Positions 41,863-53,302 are shown, numbered from the stretch's first letter. The stretch: DNA of 64,000 nt from an uncultured delta proteobacterium (GCA_963733195.1 CAVTCR010000059.1:1-64000), one strand, 5' to 3'. Translations and numbers: made by a program. Notes: generated by a model from the sequence alone, not told the origin.

Positions 41863-44336
41863 TCACCCTTGCGCCCCGGCACCACGTAGAAGATTCACAA
41901 TCTCGGAGTAATTCCCCTCACTGGCGAGCATCAAAGCGGTTTTCCCGCTGCGATCTTTCACTTGTACGTCGGCTTTTTTCGCAAGTAGCGCTTGCACGAT
42001 GCTGACGTGTCCTTTTTCTGCCGCCCACAACAGCGCAGTTTTTCCCTCGTCGCTCTTCTGTCGGATGTCAGCCCCTTTGGCTAATAATGCCTGGACGATC
42101 TCGACTGAGGTCCGTTCAATCTCAGGATCAACATGATCCTGCGCGGCTACCCACAGCAGGGCACTTTTCCCTTCTTTGTCGGTAGTATTCATCGTTGCCC
42201 CTTTAGCGAGCAGCACCTGTACGCAATCGAGATGTGCCTCGATTGCTGCCCACATTAACGCTGTTTTGCCATTCTCGTCAGTAGCATTAATGTCCACCCC
42301 TTTCGTCAACAAGACTTGCAGGATACCAGTCTGACCTTTGATGGCAGCAACCATCACCGCGTTCCTTCCGCCTTTATTGATCAGTGTCGGGTCTGCTCCT
42401 TTAGCCAATAATGCCTGGACGATATCGGGAGAGCTACTGTTAACTGCCCACATGAGTGCCGTTCTGCCCTCGTTATCCTTCAGATTCGGGTCGGCATTTT
42501 TTGTTAAGAGAGCGTTAGCGATATTTAAATAACCAGCGGTAGCGGCGGCCATTAAGGCGGTCGTTCCTTCAGCATTTTGCAAATCGACGAGAGCGCCTTT
42601 AGTCAGGAGAAGCCGGACCACATCGATACGATCATTACGGGCTGCGAACAGCAGCGCCGTATTTCCCTCTTTATCCTGGACATCGAGAGGCGCATTTTTA
42701 GCGAGCAGAATGCGGACAATCGTATCGTATCCGTTGGTGGTTGCCCACATGAGGGGAGTCTTTCCTTCTGCATCACTGACCGTGAGATCTGCGCCATGAG
42801 TAAGTAACACTTGGACGGTGTCGGCGAGCGTCTGCACGAGGGCAAAGCGGTCGAACGAACGACTCGTCGCCCACAGTAAGGCGGTTTTTCCTTCGTGATC
42901 TTTGGCATCAACCTTGGCACCGTTACTCAACAAGAATTGGACAGTATCGGCTGCACCATTGTTAGCTGCCCACATCAACGCGGTTCGGCCCATGTCGTCC
43001 TTCGCGTTCACGTTGGTGCCTTTCTCCACTAAGGCCCGAACAAGATCGATGGAACCGGAACGCGCGGCGAGAATAAGGTCCGTGCCAGGAGCGTCAGCTC
43101 CTGAAGGTTGCTGTGAGGGCGATCCTCGTTCTTCACCCGTTGTATGCTGGGCGTTGGATTCAGGGTTTACTCCCCCGGTTTGAGTTGGCGATTGCACCAG
43201 AAGTGCGTGTTGTTGTCTGTACTGATACCAGATTCCTCCACTGAGCAAGAGGAGTAATAAGAGTCCTCCAATGATGCCACGCCCGAACGAGGAACCTTCC
43301 GACGAGAGAGTGTTGAGAAGGAGGATTTAGTGATTCGCTAATAGTTTCAGCCTGTGACTTTGGGTGAGTGAGGTGAGCCGAATCTTTATTCTGCATTCCT
43401 GCTGGAGCGATGATGGTCTGAGCAATGGAATCAACTTCTGAACGGAGGATAACGGTATGCTGCTCATCGCTACCCGAGAGCGCGGCTTCGAGGGCACGGC
43501 GAACCAGCGTGGGGCTTGTTGGACGATCTTGTGGCGCTTTGGCAAGCATCTGCTCGACTTGGAGCCGGATGCCAGCGGGAACGGCAGAGGGGAGAGGGTG
43601 GGGTGCATTATGGAGGTGTTGATACATCAATCCCATTGCCCCATCTGAGGTGACGAACGGTGATGTCCCTGTGAGCATCTCGTAAAACATGACTCCTAAG
43701 GCGTACAAATCCGCTCGACCATCGATCTCTTTTCCCATCCACTGCTCTGGGGCCATGTAACGAGGAGTGCCAGGAGAAACGCCAGTATGACTGAGGCCGC
43801 TGGTCTCTTCGCCTAAGACCTTGGCGATGCCAAAGTCTCCGACTTTCACCCAATCTTCATCCTGCTGTTCTTCAAGAAAAATATTGGCGGGTTTGATGTC
43901 ACGATGAACGATCGGTTCAGGGAGCCCATGCGCTTCGCCGAGGGCTTCGCAAATTTGACTGACGATACGGACAACACGTTCGACTGGAAGCGTTCCGGAG
44001 CTTTGTATGATCTCTTTCAGCGTCTCGCCCATGAATGATCTCCATGGTGTAGAACAGTTGCCCTTCATTATCGAGACCGGAATCGTATACGGTCACGGTG
44101 TGGGGATTCCGTAACCGCGCCGCCACACGGACCTCGCGGAGGAAGCGTCGAGAGAAGTCGGGATCACGAGAAAGCTCTGGCCGCAGCGTTTTCAGAGCAA
44201 CCTCGCGGAGCACATGGTTCTCGATATCGAGTTGCTCTGCGCGATAGACAACGCCCATCGCTCCTTGGCCAAGTGGGGCGACGACACGGTACTTTCCCCC
44301 AATAAGTTTAGGCTCGACAGCAGCTAGCGTTGTCAT
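41863..44336 (-). CDS. Hanks-type Ser/Thr kinase - TM - ankyrin repeat protein (2 frameshifts)
   Basis: LGQGAMG, VALK, HRDIKPAN, DFG, GTPRYMAPE; then about 12 G.TALM.AA ankyrin repeats after a hydrophobic segment. Confidence 0.85.
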
Positions 44337-44454
44337 GAAGAATTCCCCTTCTTTAGGTGTGGCAAGCCTCGAGAGACGATCCACCTTTAATAAAAGGCCT
44401 ACCTGAAGAGTTTCGGCTGTCTGCTGTGAGAGCTTTAATGGCAAACGGGGTCTA

Positions 44455-46281
44455 TTATGCCCCGCTAGGTAACGAGAAAGAGAAGGTACTCCCTTTTCCA
44501 GATGCGCTTTCGACGCGCACCTGGCCTCCGTGCGCCTCGATAATTTGTTTTACGAGTGCGAGTCCAAGTCCCGTGCCACTGATCTTCCTGGTTTCGGTGT
44601 TATCTACCCGGAAGAACTTGTCAAAGAGCTGAGGGATCGCTTCGGCTGGAATGCCTATTCCGTCGTCAGTAACACGGACCACAACGGATTCCCTGGTGTT
44701 TCGTGCACTGACGATGATCGTCCCGCCGTCGGGAGAAAATTTGATTGCGTTGGAGAGCAGATTAGTAAGCACTTGGCGGATACGTCCGCTGTCAACACGG
44801 ACTGGAGGTAGTGAATCTGGGACGTCAAGGTGAAGCGTGTGCTTCTCAGTTCCATTGACAAAAGGGGCGATGGCCTCTTGCAAAAGCGGGAGCAGTGCTA
44901 CATGGGCAAAGAAATACGTCTCCCGCCCCGATTCGATGCGTTGTAGATCGAGGAAATCGTTAATCAAATCCGTGAGGCGGGTCGCCTCGTCATTCATGAT
45001 AGTGAGAAAACGATGTTGCTGATCTACAGGGAAATCGCGAGTGAGCATGAGTTCAGTAAAGCCCCGGAGGCTCGTAAGCGGAGTGCGTAGCTCGTGACTC
45101 ACGGTAGAGACAAGTTCATCCTTTAGTCGCTCAATTTCTTTGCGTTCGGTTACATCTCGTGAACTAAGAGTGATGCCAGCCACCGCATTGTCATCAAATA
45201 GGTTGCGTATGACACTTTCAACACTCCGCCATCCTCCTCCTTTCTGATGCCATTGTGATTCGAATGTCCGCTCCCCTCCTGATTCTTGAACACATGAGAG
45301 GATGTTCGCAGTGACTCGCTCTTGATCAGTGGGGTGAAGCAGTATCGTGAAGGGTTGTCCAATGAGTTCTTCTGAGGAGTATCCTAACCAGGGTTCAATC
45401 AATGGACTAATGTAACGAATGGTGCCGTCAGCATTGAGGATGGTCACAACGTCAGCTGCATGTTCAATGAGAGACCGGAAACGTTCCTCATTTTTGCGCA
45501 AAGCAGCGTGTGAAGCAGCAAGTTGGAGCCGTGCTTGCTCAGCCTGCTCTTTCGCTGCAGACAAGCTCTGAACGAGATCGAGGTTGGCAAAACGAAGCCG
45601 CAAGGATTCCACAAGAGAGGCATGCATGTAGTTCGCAACAAGCACGAGACAGCCGCTAAAACTGAAACACAACAAACTAATCGTCATGGGAATCGTCTCA
45701 CCGCTGAGCGCTAAGCGGAGAGCTGTGGGAGCCATGAGGAAAAAAAAGAAGAGGAAAAAAAGAGACCGAATCGCTGCCAGATTCGCAGTGGAAACAATGG
45801 ATACCCCGCCCAAGAAAGTGACGAGGAATACCTGATGGGGTAAAGAGTGGGTTGGAAATAAGAAGAATCCTGCTAGCCCCCACCCACAGCCAGTGACAGC
45901 TACACTGACGAACACAAGGGTACGCCAATACCTGAGTTCTTCAGGCCCCCTTGCCCTGCGACGATAGTGGCAAACTAGTGCCCAGCGAGTCAGTGCCACT
46001 GTTGCCATGAAACAGGCCCACGTCAGGAGGCGGACGTGGGAGACCACGGACCACAACAGCAGCACGAGGAGCACAGCGCCGAGAACAAGCGTGATAAGTG
46101 CTGCAGCTGTGGATCGCGTATACAGTAAATGGACCTGCTCTGCCTCTAATCGGTTGGCTTGGACAGCCGAATCTGTAGATGGGACAGTGAGGGGTGCGGC
46201 GTTCACCGTCGGTGTTGGAGACCGTTGGGCGAATTCCTGTTGGCTTGTGAGACGCTTGTTAACCGACCGGGGTATCGCCAT
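44455..46281 (-). CDS. Membrane PAS sensor histidine kinase
   Basis: Multi-TM N-terminus, PAS (EERFRSLIE...DVTERK), SHELRTPL, NLLSNAIKF, DDGIG, GTGLGL. Confidence 0.93.
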   Translation of the reverse strand: MAIPRSVNKRLTSQQEFAQRSPTPTVNAAPLTVPSTDSAVQANRLEAEQVHLLYTRSTAAALITLVLGAVLLVLLLWSVVSHVRLLTWACFMATVALTRWALVCHYRRRARGPEELRYWRTLVFVSVAVTGCGWGLAGFFLFPTHSLPHQVFLVTFLGGVSIVSTANLAAIRSLFFLFFFFLMAPTALRLALSGETIPMTISLLCFSFSGCLVLVANYMHASLVESLRLRFANLDLVQSLSAAKEQAEQARLQLAASHAALRKNEERFRSLIEHAADVVTILNADGTIRYISPLIEPWLGYSSEELIGQPFTILLHPTDQERVTANILSCVQESGGERTFESQWHQKGGGWRSVESVIRNLFDDNAVAGITLSSRDVTERKEIERLKDELVSTVSHELRTPLTSLRGFTELMLTRDFPVDQQHRFLTIMNDEATRLTDLINDFLDLQRIESGRETYFFAHVALLPLLQEAIAPFVNGTEKHTLHLDVPDSLPPVRVDSGRIRQVLTNLLSNAIKFSPDGGTIIVSARNTRESVVVRVTDDGIGIPAEAIPQLFDKFFRVDNTETRKISGTGLGLALVKQIIEAHGGQVRVESASGKGSTFSFSLPSGA

Positions 46282-46381
46282 GTGACGAAACTCCGTTCTT
46301 CCTTAGAGCGCTCTCATAACCCATGATGCGCTCAGAAAAAGGAACAAGACTCAGTGAACCAAGAAGGCGGAAATCGAATCC

Positions 46382-47689
46382 TTATGCGGACGCTTCACCA
46401 ATTAATGTATGTGCAGTGGTCGATGCTACTCGCACCGAAATCAGGTCGCCAGGCTGCGCGCCGCTGCCCGGAAACACGGCTGTTCTAAATTGTCGGGTTT
46501 TGCCTGACAACCATCCTTCCGGGCGTTTTGCTGGACCTTCGACAAGGACCTCAACCGTCTGACCAATGAGCTGACGATTGACCTCTCCGGAAATCCGCTC
46601 CTGCAGCGTAATGATGGCTTGCAGCCGCCGCACTTTTTCTTCCTCTAGCAACGTTTCGCCCCACTTGTAGGCTTTGGTTCCCTCACGTGCTGAGTATTTG
46701 AACATGAAAGCTGAGTCGTAACGAATCGCTGCCATGAAGTCATGCGTGGCTTGAAAATCAACCTCTTCTTCACCGGGAAACCCGACGATAATATCAGTCG
46801 AGAGGGCAAGCCCAGGAATGGCTGAACGCAAGCGTTCGACAAGCGCTACATAGTGCTCGATGGTATATCCACGTTCCATGCGTTCTAACACCCTGTTAGA
46901 AGCAGATTGGAGGGGGAGATGTAGATAAGGGGCGACTTTTGCGCAAGTTGCCATTGCTTCGATGACTCGTTCGCTCATGTCCGAGGGGTGTGGTGAGGTA
47001 AAGCGAATACGCTCAATCCCCTCGATTGCTGCCGTGTAGCGCAGCAGGTCGGCGAAATCATGCTCGCCGTCACGATAGGCGTTGACGGTCTGCCCAAGAT
47101 ACACCACTTCCTTATAGCCCTGGTCAGTGAGCACGCGGACTTGGTCGAGCAGAGCAGCAAGTGGGACACTGCGCTCGCGGCCACGAACGTAGGGTACGAT
47201 ACAAAACGTACAAAACTTGTCACAACCTCGCATGACCGTCACCCAGGCTCGAATACCTTCACCACGGACTGGGGTGATGTCAGCATAGGTCTCATCTCGA
47301 TCGAGGCGAACGGATACCAATGGTTCGTCCTTGTCTTCTTGGGCTAGTAATGCTGGAAGGGTGCGATAGGCATCGGGACCAAGGACAAGATCAAGGTACG
47401 GTGCTTTGTCGAGCAAGAGATCACGGTGGTGTTGGGCCATACAGCCGGTGAGTCCCAGGCGAACGCCTGGATGACGGGCTTTATGGTACATGAGTTCCCG
47501 AAGTCGTTTCAGTACCCGTTCTTCGGCTCGCTCTCGAATCGCGCAGGTATTAAGTAGAATAACATCAGCATGATCCACCGTTTTGGTGGGCTCGTAGCCA
47601 TGGGGTTTGAGCAGTCCGATAAGCAGCTCGGTATCAGCCAGATTCATCTGGCACCCATAGGTTTCGATGTAAACTTTGCGCGTATTCAT
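46382..47689 (-). CDS. miaB: tRNA-i6A37 methylthiotransferase
   Basis: TYGCQMN, NTCAIR, GCDKFCTFC, TDIIVGFPGE, TRAM domain. Confidence 0.95.
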   Translation of the reverse strand: MNTRKVYIETYGCQMNLADTELLIGLLKPHGYEPTKTVDHADVILLNTCAIRERAEERVLKRLRELMYHKARHPGVRLGLTGCMAQHHRDLLLDKAPYLDLVLGPDAYRTLPALLAQEDKDEPLVSVRLDRDETYADITPVRGEGIRAWVTVMRGCDKFCTFCIVPYVRGRERSVPLAALLDQVRVLTDQGYKEVVYLGQTVNAYRDGEHDFADLLRYTAAIEGIERIRFTSPHPSDMSERVIEAMATCAKVAPYLHLPLQSASNRVLERMERGYTIEHYVALVERLRSAIPGLALSTDIIVGFPGEEEVDFQATHDFMAAIRYDSAFMFKYSAREGTKAYKWGETLLEEEKVRRLQAIITLQERISGEVNRQLIGQTVEVLVEGPAKRPEGWLSGKTRQFRTAVFPGSGAQPGDLISVRVASTTAHTLIGEASA

Positions 47690-47890
47690 GGCGATTTCAC
47701 GAGATTTGGTTGTAACTGCTCCTGGAATCCGACGCAATGGCTGCGTTGACATTCTGGCTAAGAGCTTTTAGCTATTAGCTTTTGAAGAAAAGAAAAAGGC
47801 GAAACGGGGAAAAGGCGAAAGAGACGAAAACAGATTGTTTTTCTCTTCCATTTCCCCCTAAGCGAAGCGTTTGAGAAAGGAGTCGAACCA

Positions 47891-48091
47891 GTGGCCACCA
47901 AGCCCAGTTTCGAACAGCTTGAAGCGTCATTACTTTTCTGCCCCCAGTGTCGGCAGGCGATGCCGGTACGCAAGAAGCTCCTCCTGATTCTGATGGAGGG
48001 AAATAAGTTTGAGTATGTGTGCACTAAATGTGGTTCAACCTGTGGCGATAAGATCGAAGCTGACGAGAAAAAGCCACGCCTGCTGATGTGA
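47891..48091 (+). CDS. Small zinc-ribbon protein
   Basis: CPQC...CTKC; RBS GAAAGGAG. Confidence 0.7.
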   Translation: MATKPSFEQLEASLLFCPQCRQAMPVRKKLLLILMEGNKFEYVCTKCGSTCGDKIEADEKKPRLLM

Positions 48092-49041
48092 CGGTTTTTA
48101 TGAGTTCTGCTGAACGTATCATTTCGCTCCTCCCGGGTAGTACCGAAATACTCTGTGCCCTCGGCTTGCGGCATCGTTTAGTTGGGGTTTCTCACGAGTG
48201 TGACTATCCTGCCGATGTTGTTGGCTTACCGGTGCTGACTGAGCCCAAGCTTAATCCTCATGCGATGAGTGGAATCATCGAAGCTCGTGTTCGTGAGCTT
48301 GTTCAGGAGGGCTTGAGCATCTACCGAATCAACACCGATACGCTCCAATCCTTGCAACCTGATCTGATCATCACCCAAGACCAATGTGAGGTGTGTGCAG
48401 TTCCACTCCACGAGGTTGAAGAAGCCGTGAGGTGTGTACTCTCGCCGGAGGTGAAAGTGGTTTCTCTCAAACCACAACGCTTACGTGACATTTGGGAGGA
48501 CATTCGCCAAGTTGCGAGCGCCACGGGTCAGGAGGACATTGCTGAAGAGCTACTGAAAAGCCTCAAACGGCGATTGTGGAAACTTGAGCAAAAAACGCGT
48601 CATCTGCCTCGCCCACGAATTGCGTGCATCGAATGGCTTGATCCTTTGATTGCTGCGGGGAACTGGATACCAGAACTCGTTAACATTGCGGGTGGTGAGT
48701 ACACATTGGCAGAAGTAGGCGAGCACAGTACTAAGCTCACCTGGGAGAGTCTGGCAGAATATCAACCCGATGTGATTGTTCTGATGCCCTGTGGTTTCAA
48801 GATTTCACAAACCCAATCAGAACTCCCCGTTTTTACGGCTCACCCACAGTGGCAGGCCCTTCCTGCTGTACAGAATAACCACGTGTTTCTCGTTGATGGT
48901 AACGCCTACCTCAACCGCTCTGGTCCGCGTATCGTCGATAGCGTAGAAATTCTGGCGGAAATTCTGCATCCACAAGACTGTGCGGGATTAGCACCGGCGG
49001 GTGCGTACATTCAGGCAGGGCGAAAACGGGGAAATAGGTAA
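48088..49041 (+). CDS. BtuF-like cobalamin-binding protein (no signal peptide)
   Basis: RIISLLPGSTEI, GVSHECDYP, TQDQCEVCA, EWLDP, PCGF, NRSGPR. Confidence 0.85.
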   Translation: MTVFMSSAERIISLLPGSTEILCALGLRHRLVGVSHECDYPADVVGLPVLTEPKLNPHAMSGIIEARVRELVQEGLSIYRINTDTLQSLQPDLIITQDQCEVCAVPLHEVEEAVRCVLSPEVKVVSLKPQRLRDIWEDIRQVASATGQEDIAEELLKSLKRRLWKLEQKTRHLPRPRIACIEWLDPLIAAGNWIPELVNIAGGEYTLAEVGEHSTKLTWESLAEYQPDVIVLMPCGFKISQTQSELPVFTAHPQWQALPAVQNNHVFLVDGNAYLNRSGPRIVDSVEILAEILHPQDCAGLAPAGAYIQAGRKRGNR

Positions 49042-49109
49042 ACGGGAGGATGGGAAAAAAGAGAAAGACAATACCGATCTTCATTTCGCCTTTTCGCCTT
49101 TTAATCTGA

Positions 49110-49450
49110 TCATTCCCCCGGTACCACAACCTTCACCGTGCCCGCACGAAAGTCTTTCCCGCGCTCTTTTACCATCTGCGGATACGCGTGATAAAACTTG
49201 CCGCCGAGCCGGAGAAACGATTCTATATCAGTGTCTTCTACGGTAAGTGCTTCAATCGCCCTGGTTGCTTCTTCTTGTGTTTTGGCCGACAGCAATACAT
49301 CGTAAATACGCTGGCAGTCGGAGATCTGAAAATCCTCGCGGCTAGGAAGCGTGTCGCGGTTCTGCATGCTTTGCGGGAAGAAATCCAGCAAATAGCGTAG
49401 CGCTTTGAGTTCATGCCGTTGTTGGTCGAGCTTTCTTAATTGTTTCCACG
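49110..49450 (-). CDS. Hypothetical protein (5' frameshift)
   Basis: Open frame with RBS GGAGG and a GTG at ~49450 offset by an indel. Confidence 0.5.
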
Positions 49451-49505
49451 ACGATCCTCCGCAGGGTTGCGATTACCCCCATGTCAACGATATACATAGA
49501 AACCT

Positions 49506-50024
49506 ATGGCGGTTACCGAACACAAAGACAAGGCCCATCGCGCCGTTCGCTGTGCGGTGATTACGGCAAGTGATACGCGCACGGTCGATACTGATACCAG
49601 CGGTAAGAAAATAAAAGACCTGCTGGCGGCTCAACAACATACCGTGGCATCCTATCAGATTCTGAAGGACGAACCGACGCAGATCTCTGCTGCTGTGCGG
49701 ACGTTACTTGATCAATCAGACGTTGATGCCATTATCATTAATGGCGGTACAGGGATCGCGCCGCGAGATACGACCTTCGAAGCAATTCAAGGCGTATTGG
49801 AAAAAGAAATTAGCGGGTTTGGAGAACTCTTCCGTATGCTGAGTTATCAGGACATTGGCTCCGCGGCGATGATGACACGCGCGACCGCTGGGGTTGCGAA
49901 AGGGAAGGTCATCATTTCCCTTCCAGGGTCAACCGGGGCGGTGGAACTCGGCATGACCAAACTTGTGTTACCTGAACTCGGACATATGCTGTTTGTCCTG
50001 CGAGGCGAACGCCATGCGCATTAA
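49506..50024 (+). CDS. moaB: Molybdenum cofactor biosynthesis protein B
   Basis: ITASD.R...DTSG, GGTGIAPRDTT, GFGELFR, LPGS. Confidence 0.9.
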   Translation: MAVTEHKDKAHRAVRCAVITASDTRTVDTDTSGKKIKDLLAAQQHTVASYQILKDEPTQISAAVRTLLDQSDVDAIIINGGTGIAPRDTTFEAIQGVLEKEISGFGELFRMLSYQDIGSAAMMTRATAGVAKGKVIISLPGSTGAVELGMTKLVLPELGHMLFVLRGERHAH

Positions 50025-50259
50025 CTTGCGTTTTTTTGCCTCACTACGTGAACGACTGAAGAAAAGTGAGGAAGTCCGAGACGTACCTGCTGGCGCAACG
50101 GTTGGTACGGTATGGGAACTGCTGAAACAAGAACATCCAGAACTCGCGGCGGTAGAGAAGTCGATGGCCTTTGCTGTCGCTCAAGAATACGTTGACAAGG
50201 CTCACCCCCTCCAAGATAATGACGAGCTTGCGTTTATTCCTCCGGTTAGTGGGGGCTGA
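50014..50259 (+). CDS. moaD: Molybdopterin synthase sulfur carrier
   Basis: FFASLRE ... PPVSGG C-terminus. Confidence 0.93.
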   Translation: MRINLRFFASLRERLKKSEEVRDVPAGATVGTVWELLKQEHPELAAVEKSMAFAVAQEYVDKAHPLQDNDELAFIPPVSGG

Positions 50260-50339
50260 AGAATTGTAGATTTGCGATTGCAGATTGACGATTGAAGAAC
50301 TTTTGTCTTGTAAAGTCAGCAATCTACACTGGTATGGTT

Positions 50340-50819
50340 ATGGCAGCGGAGCAAAATTCCATTCTCTGTAAAATTACTCAAAGCCAAATCGACATGCAGG
50401 AACTCAGTGACTTTGTTGCTGACCCTACAGCCGGGGCGGTGGCGACGTTTGTTGGCATGACGCGCAATACCAATGAAGGTCGCCAGGTAACGCGTCTCGA
50501 ATACGAATGTTATCCCGGCATGGCTGAGAAAGAGATGGAGAAAATTGCTGCCGAGGTGTTGCAGCGCTGGCCCGTGAAGAAGATTGCCATGATTCATCGC
50601 CTCGGACGCGTGGACATTGGTGAGGCGAGTGTCGCTATTGCCGTTTCCTCGGGGCATCGCCACGCAGCGTTTGAGGCGTGCCATTACGCGATCAATCAGT
50701 TAAAGGAAACCGTGCCGATCTGGAAAAAAGAGCTGTATGAAGGGGGCGAGCTGTGGATTGGCTCGCAAACCGGCACTGTTGGCTCATTGCAAAAAGTGCA
50801 GGAGGAGAAGAGGGCGTGA
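50340..50819 (+). CDS. moaE: Molybdopterin synthase catalytic subunit
   Basis: GAVATFVG..R, LEYE, HRLG, HR..AF, LKETVPIWKKE. Confidence 0.93.
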   Translation: MAAEQNSILCKITQSQIDMQELSDFVADPTAGAVATFVGMTRNTNEGRQVTRLEYECYPGMAEKEMEKIAAEVLQRWPVKKIAMIHRLGRVDIGEASVAIAVSSGHRHAAFEACHYAINQLKETVPIWKKELYEGGELWIGSQTGTVGSLQKVQEEKRA

Positions 50820-51685
50820 GAAACATTCGCAAAGCTGTGCATGCTGGCTACTGTTGGGGAGTCGAGCGTGCCATCGATATGGTGCATCAGACCACGGAAA
50901 CCCATCACGGCGTTCCGGTACGAACGCTGGGGCCGATCATTCACAACCCCCAAGTGGTTCAGTCCCTAGCAGACAAAGGTGCAAGTACAATCGATTCACT
51001 TGATGAGATGCCAACCGGTGGCACGGTGGTCATCCGTACGCACGGCGTGCCGCCGGAAACCTATCAGCAGGCAAAACAGAAAAATCTCACTGTAGTCGAT
51101 GCGACATGTCCCTTGGTGACATTGGTGCAAAATCGTGCCAAACAGCTCGTGAATGAAGGATATCACCTGGTGATCTTCGGCAACTCCAAGCATCCCGAAG
51201 TGATCGGTACTGTGGGACACGCGGGGGGACATGCGACGATTATTGAAAAGCCGGAAGATGCGCGAACGGTAAAGTTGGCGAACAAAAAAGTTGGTTTGGT
51301 TGTTCAAACCACCCAGGAAACTGAACGCCTCAGTGAAGTCCTCTCGTATCTCGCACCACGTTGTAAAGAACTTAAAGTGTTCAACACCATTTGCAACCCA
51401 ACGATTGAGAGACAAGATGCCGCTCGCGACCTTGCGCGTGAAGTGCAACTCATGATTGTTGTGGGTGGAAAAAACAGCTCCAACACGCGTCATCTGGCGA
51501 CCGTCTGCCAGCAAGAAGGCGCAACAACGTATCACATTGAAGAACCCACCGAAGTTGAGCCAGGTTGGTTTGCCGGTGTAAACGAAATCGGCGTGACGGC
51601 AGGAGCGTCAACTCCAGGGTATCTGATGGATCAAGTGATCGCCCGTATCACTGAACTCGAACAGCAGCAGTCATTACCGGCATAG
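50816..51685 (+). CDS. ispH: 4-hydroxy-3-methylbut-2-enyl diphosphate reductase
   Basis: GYCWGV, IHN, RTHG, DATCP, HPEV, QTT, TICN.T..RQ, SSN, TAGASTP. Confidence 0.95.
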   Translation: MRNIRKAVHAGYCWGVERAIDMVHQTTETHHGVPVRTLGPIIHNPQVVQSLADKGASTIDSLDEMPTGGTVVIRTHGVPPETYQQAKQKNLTVVDATCPLVTLVQNRAKQLVNEGYHLVIFGNSKHPEVIGTVGHAGGHATIIEKPEDARTVKLANKKVGLVVQTTQETERLSEVLSYLAPRCKELKVFNTICNPTIERQDAARDLAREVQLMIVVGGKNSSNTRHLATVCQQEGATTYHIEEPTEVEPGWFAGVNEIGVTAGASTPGYLMDQVIARITELEQQQSLPA

Positions 51686-51687
51686 CT

Positions 51688-52548
51688 ATGAAAGACGTTC
51701 GTACTCTCGGTATTGTCGGTTCCGGCCAAATGGGTGGCGGCATTGGACAAGTCGCCGCGCAGGCCGGAATCTCAGTGATTTTGTATGATGTGACTCAACC
51801 GATTGTGAACCGTGCCCTGGACAATATCCATAAAGGCATGGTGCGTCTGACCGAGCGCGGAAAACTATCGGAAGACGAACAACGTGCTGTTCTAAGTCGC
51901 TTGCGTGGAACAGCGAATCTGCATGACCTCCGCGATGCTGATCTCATCCTCGAGGCTGCGCCAGAAGACTACGAGATCAAGAAGAATATTTTCCAACAGC
52001 TTGATCAGATTGCTCGTCCGGATGTCATTCTCGCTAGCAACACCTCGTCGATTTCGCTCACCCAACTTGGCGCAGTGACCAAACGACCCGCCAAAGTTAT
52101 TGGTATGCACTTCATGAATCCACCGGTGGTGATGCAACTAGTGGAGATCGTACGTGGGCTAGCGACTACGGAGGAAACGTTGCAAGTGGTCGACGCGCTC
52201 GCCAAGAAGATGGGTAAGACCACGATCCTGGCCAAGGATTATGCTGGCTTCATCGTCAATCGTATTCTGCTGCCGATGATCAATGAAGCGATTTATGCAC
52301 TTTATGAAGGTGTGGGCGGAGTGACTGACATTGATCAGGGAATGAAACTTGGGACAAACCAACCGATGGGTCCTCTTGCTCTAGCCGATCTCATCGGCCT
52401 TGATACCTGCCTTGCCGTGTTAGAGCGATTGCACCAGGGACTTGGTGACGACAAATACCGTCCATGTCCATTATTGCGCAACTATGTCGCGGCTGGGTAT
52501 CTCGGTCGCAAGGCAGGCAAAGGGTTTTACGATTACGGTAAAGCCTGA
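51688..52548 (+). CDS. hbd: 3-hydroxybutyryl-CoA dehydrogenase
   Basis: GSGQMGGGI, ASNTSS, GMHFMNP, GFIVNR, PMGPL.LAD.IGLD. Confidence 0.9.
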   Translation: MKDVRTLGIVGSGQMGGGIGQVAAQAGISVILYDVTQPIVNRALDNIHKGMVRLTERGKLSEDEQRAVLSRLRGTANLHDLRDADLILEAAPEDYEIKKNIFQQLDQIARPDVILASNTSSISLTQLGAVTKRPAKVIGMHFMNPPVVMQLVEIVRGLATTEETLQVVDALAKKMGKTTILAKDYAGFIVNRILLPMINEAIYALYEGVGGVTDIDQGMKLGTNQPMGPLALADLIGLDTCLAVLERLHQGLGDDKYRPCPLLRNYVAAGYLGRKAGKGFYDYGKA

Positions 52549-52635
52549 GGAATAATGCGTAAAACGTAATGCGTAAAGAGAAAAGGACTTGGAGTTTTTG
52601 ACTTCCTGTTTTCATTACGTTTCACGTTTTAGGTC

Positions 52636-53302
52636 TTACGCCTCCAGTATCCCCATCCGTTGGAGCCGTGTCAGATGCATCTGAATGATGGCCATGGGAA
52701 ACCCAGCAATCATTTCTTCTAACGGGTCCGCTGGTGTTTGGCCATTAATAACACCCGCATAGTGCTGGACCAACTGCTCCTGCATGACTCAGGAGCTGCT
52801 CGCGCAATGTTGGTTGTTGCGCGAGGTATTGCATGATTTTACGCTCCCCATACTCGACGTGACTTTCTTCATCGTGAATGACACGTTGCAGCCCACGACG
52901 AATCGGCTGGTCACTTATCACGTCGTGGTAAAAATAGATCAGCACCAAAGCAAGTCCTTCGCCAACGACCATCGACTCAAAGAGCATTTCTTCCCAGGTG
53001 TGACTGACGACTCCATGCAATTCGTCCATGTCACTCACCAAGGCGGCGGAAGGCTCAGCTCCGTAGCGCTGTAAGAGACGACGAAAAATCCCCGCATGGC
53101 GGGTTTCGTCACGGGTTTGCTTGACGATCTCCCACATTCCTTCCATGTCTGGCGCTTTGGTGACCCACTGGCCGATTTTGACCGCGCCAACTTCGCCGTA
53201 AAACAAATGGCTGAGGGCGCGAAGAATAACCTCACGATCCTTCGCAATCGAGAACCGGGGCGCACCGTGATACAACGTCATTTCCTCTCGTTTTAGCAAC
53301 AT
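52636..53302 (-). CDS. Ferritin-like diiron protein (C-terminal frameshift)
   Basis: E...DETRH...E...DEESH diiron ligand pattern. Confidence 0.8.
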
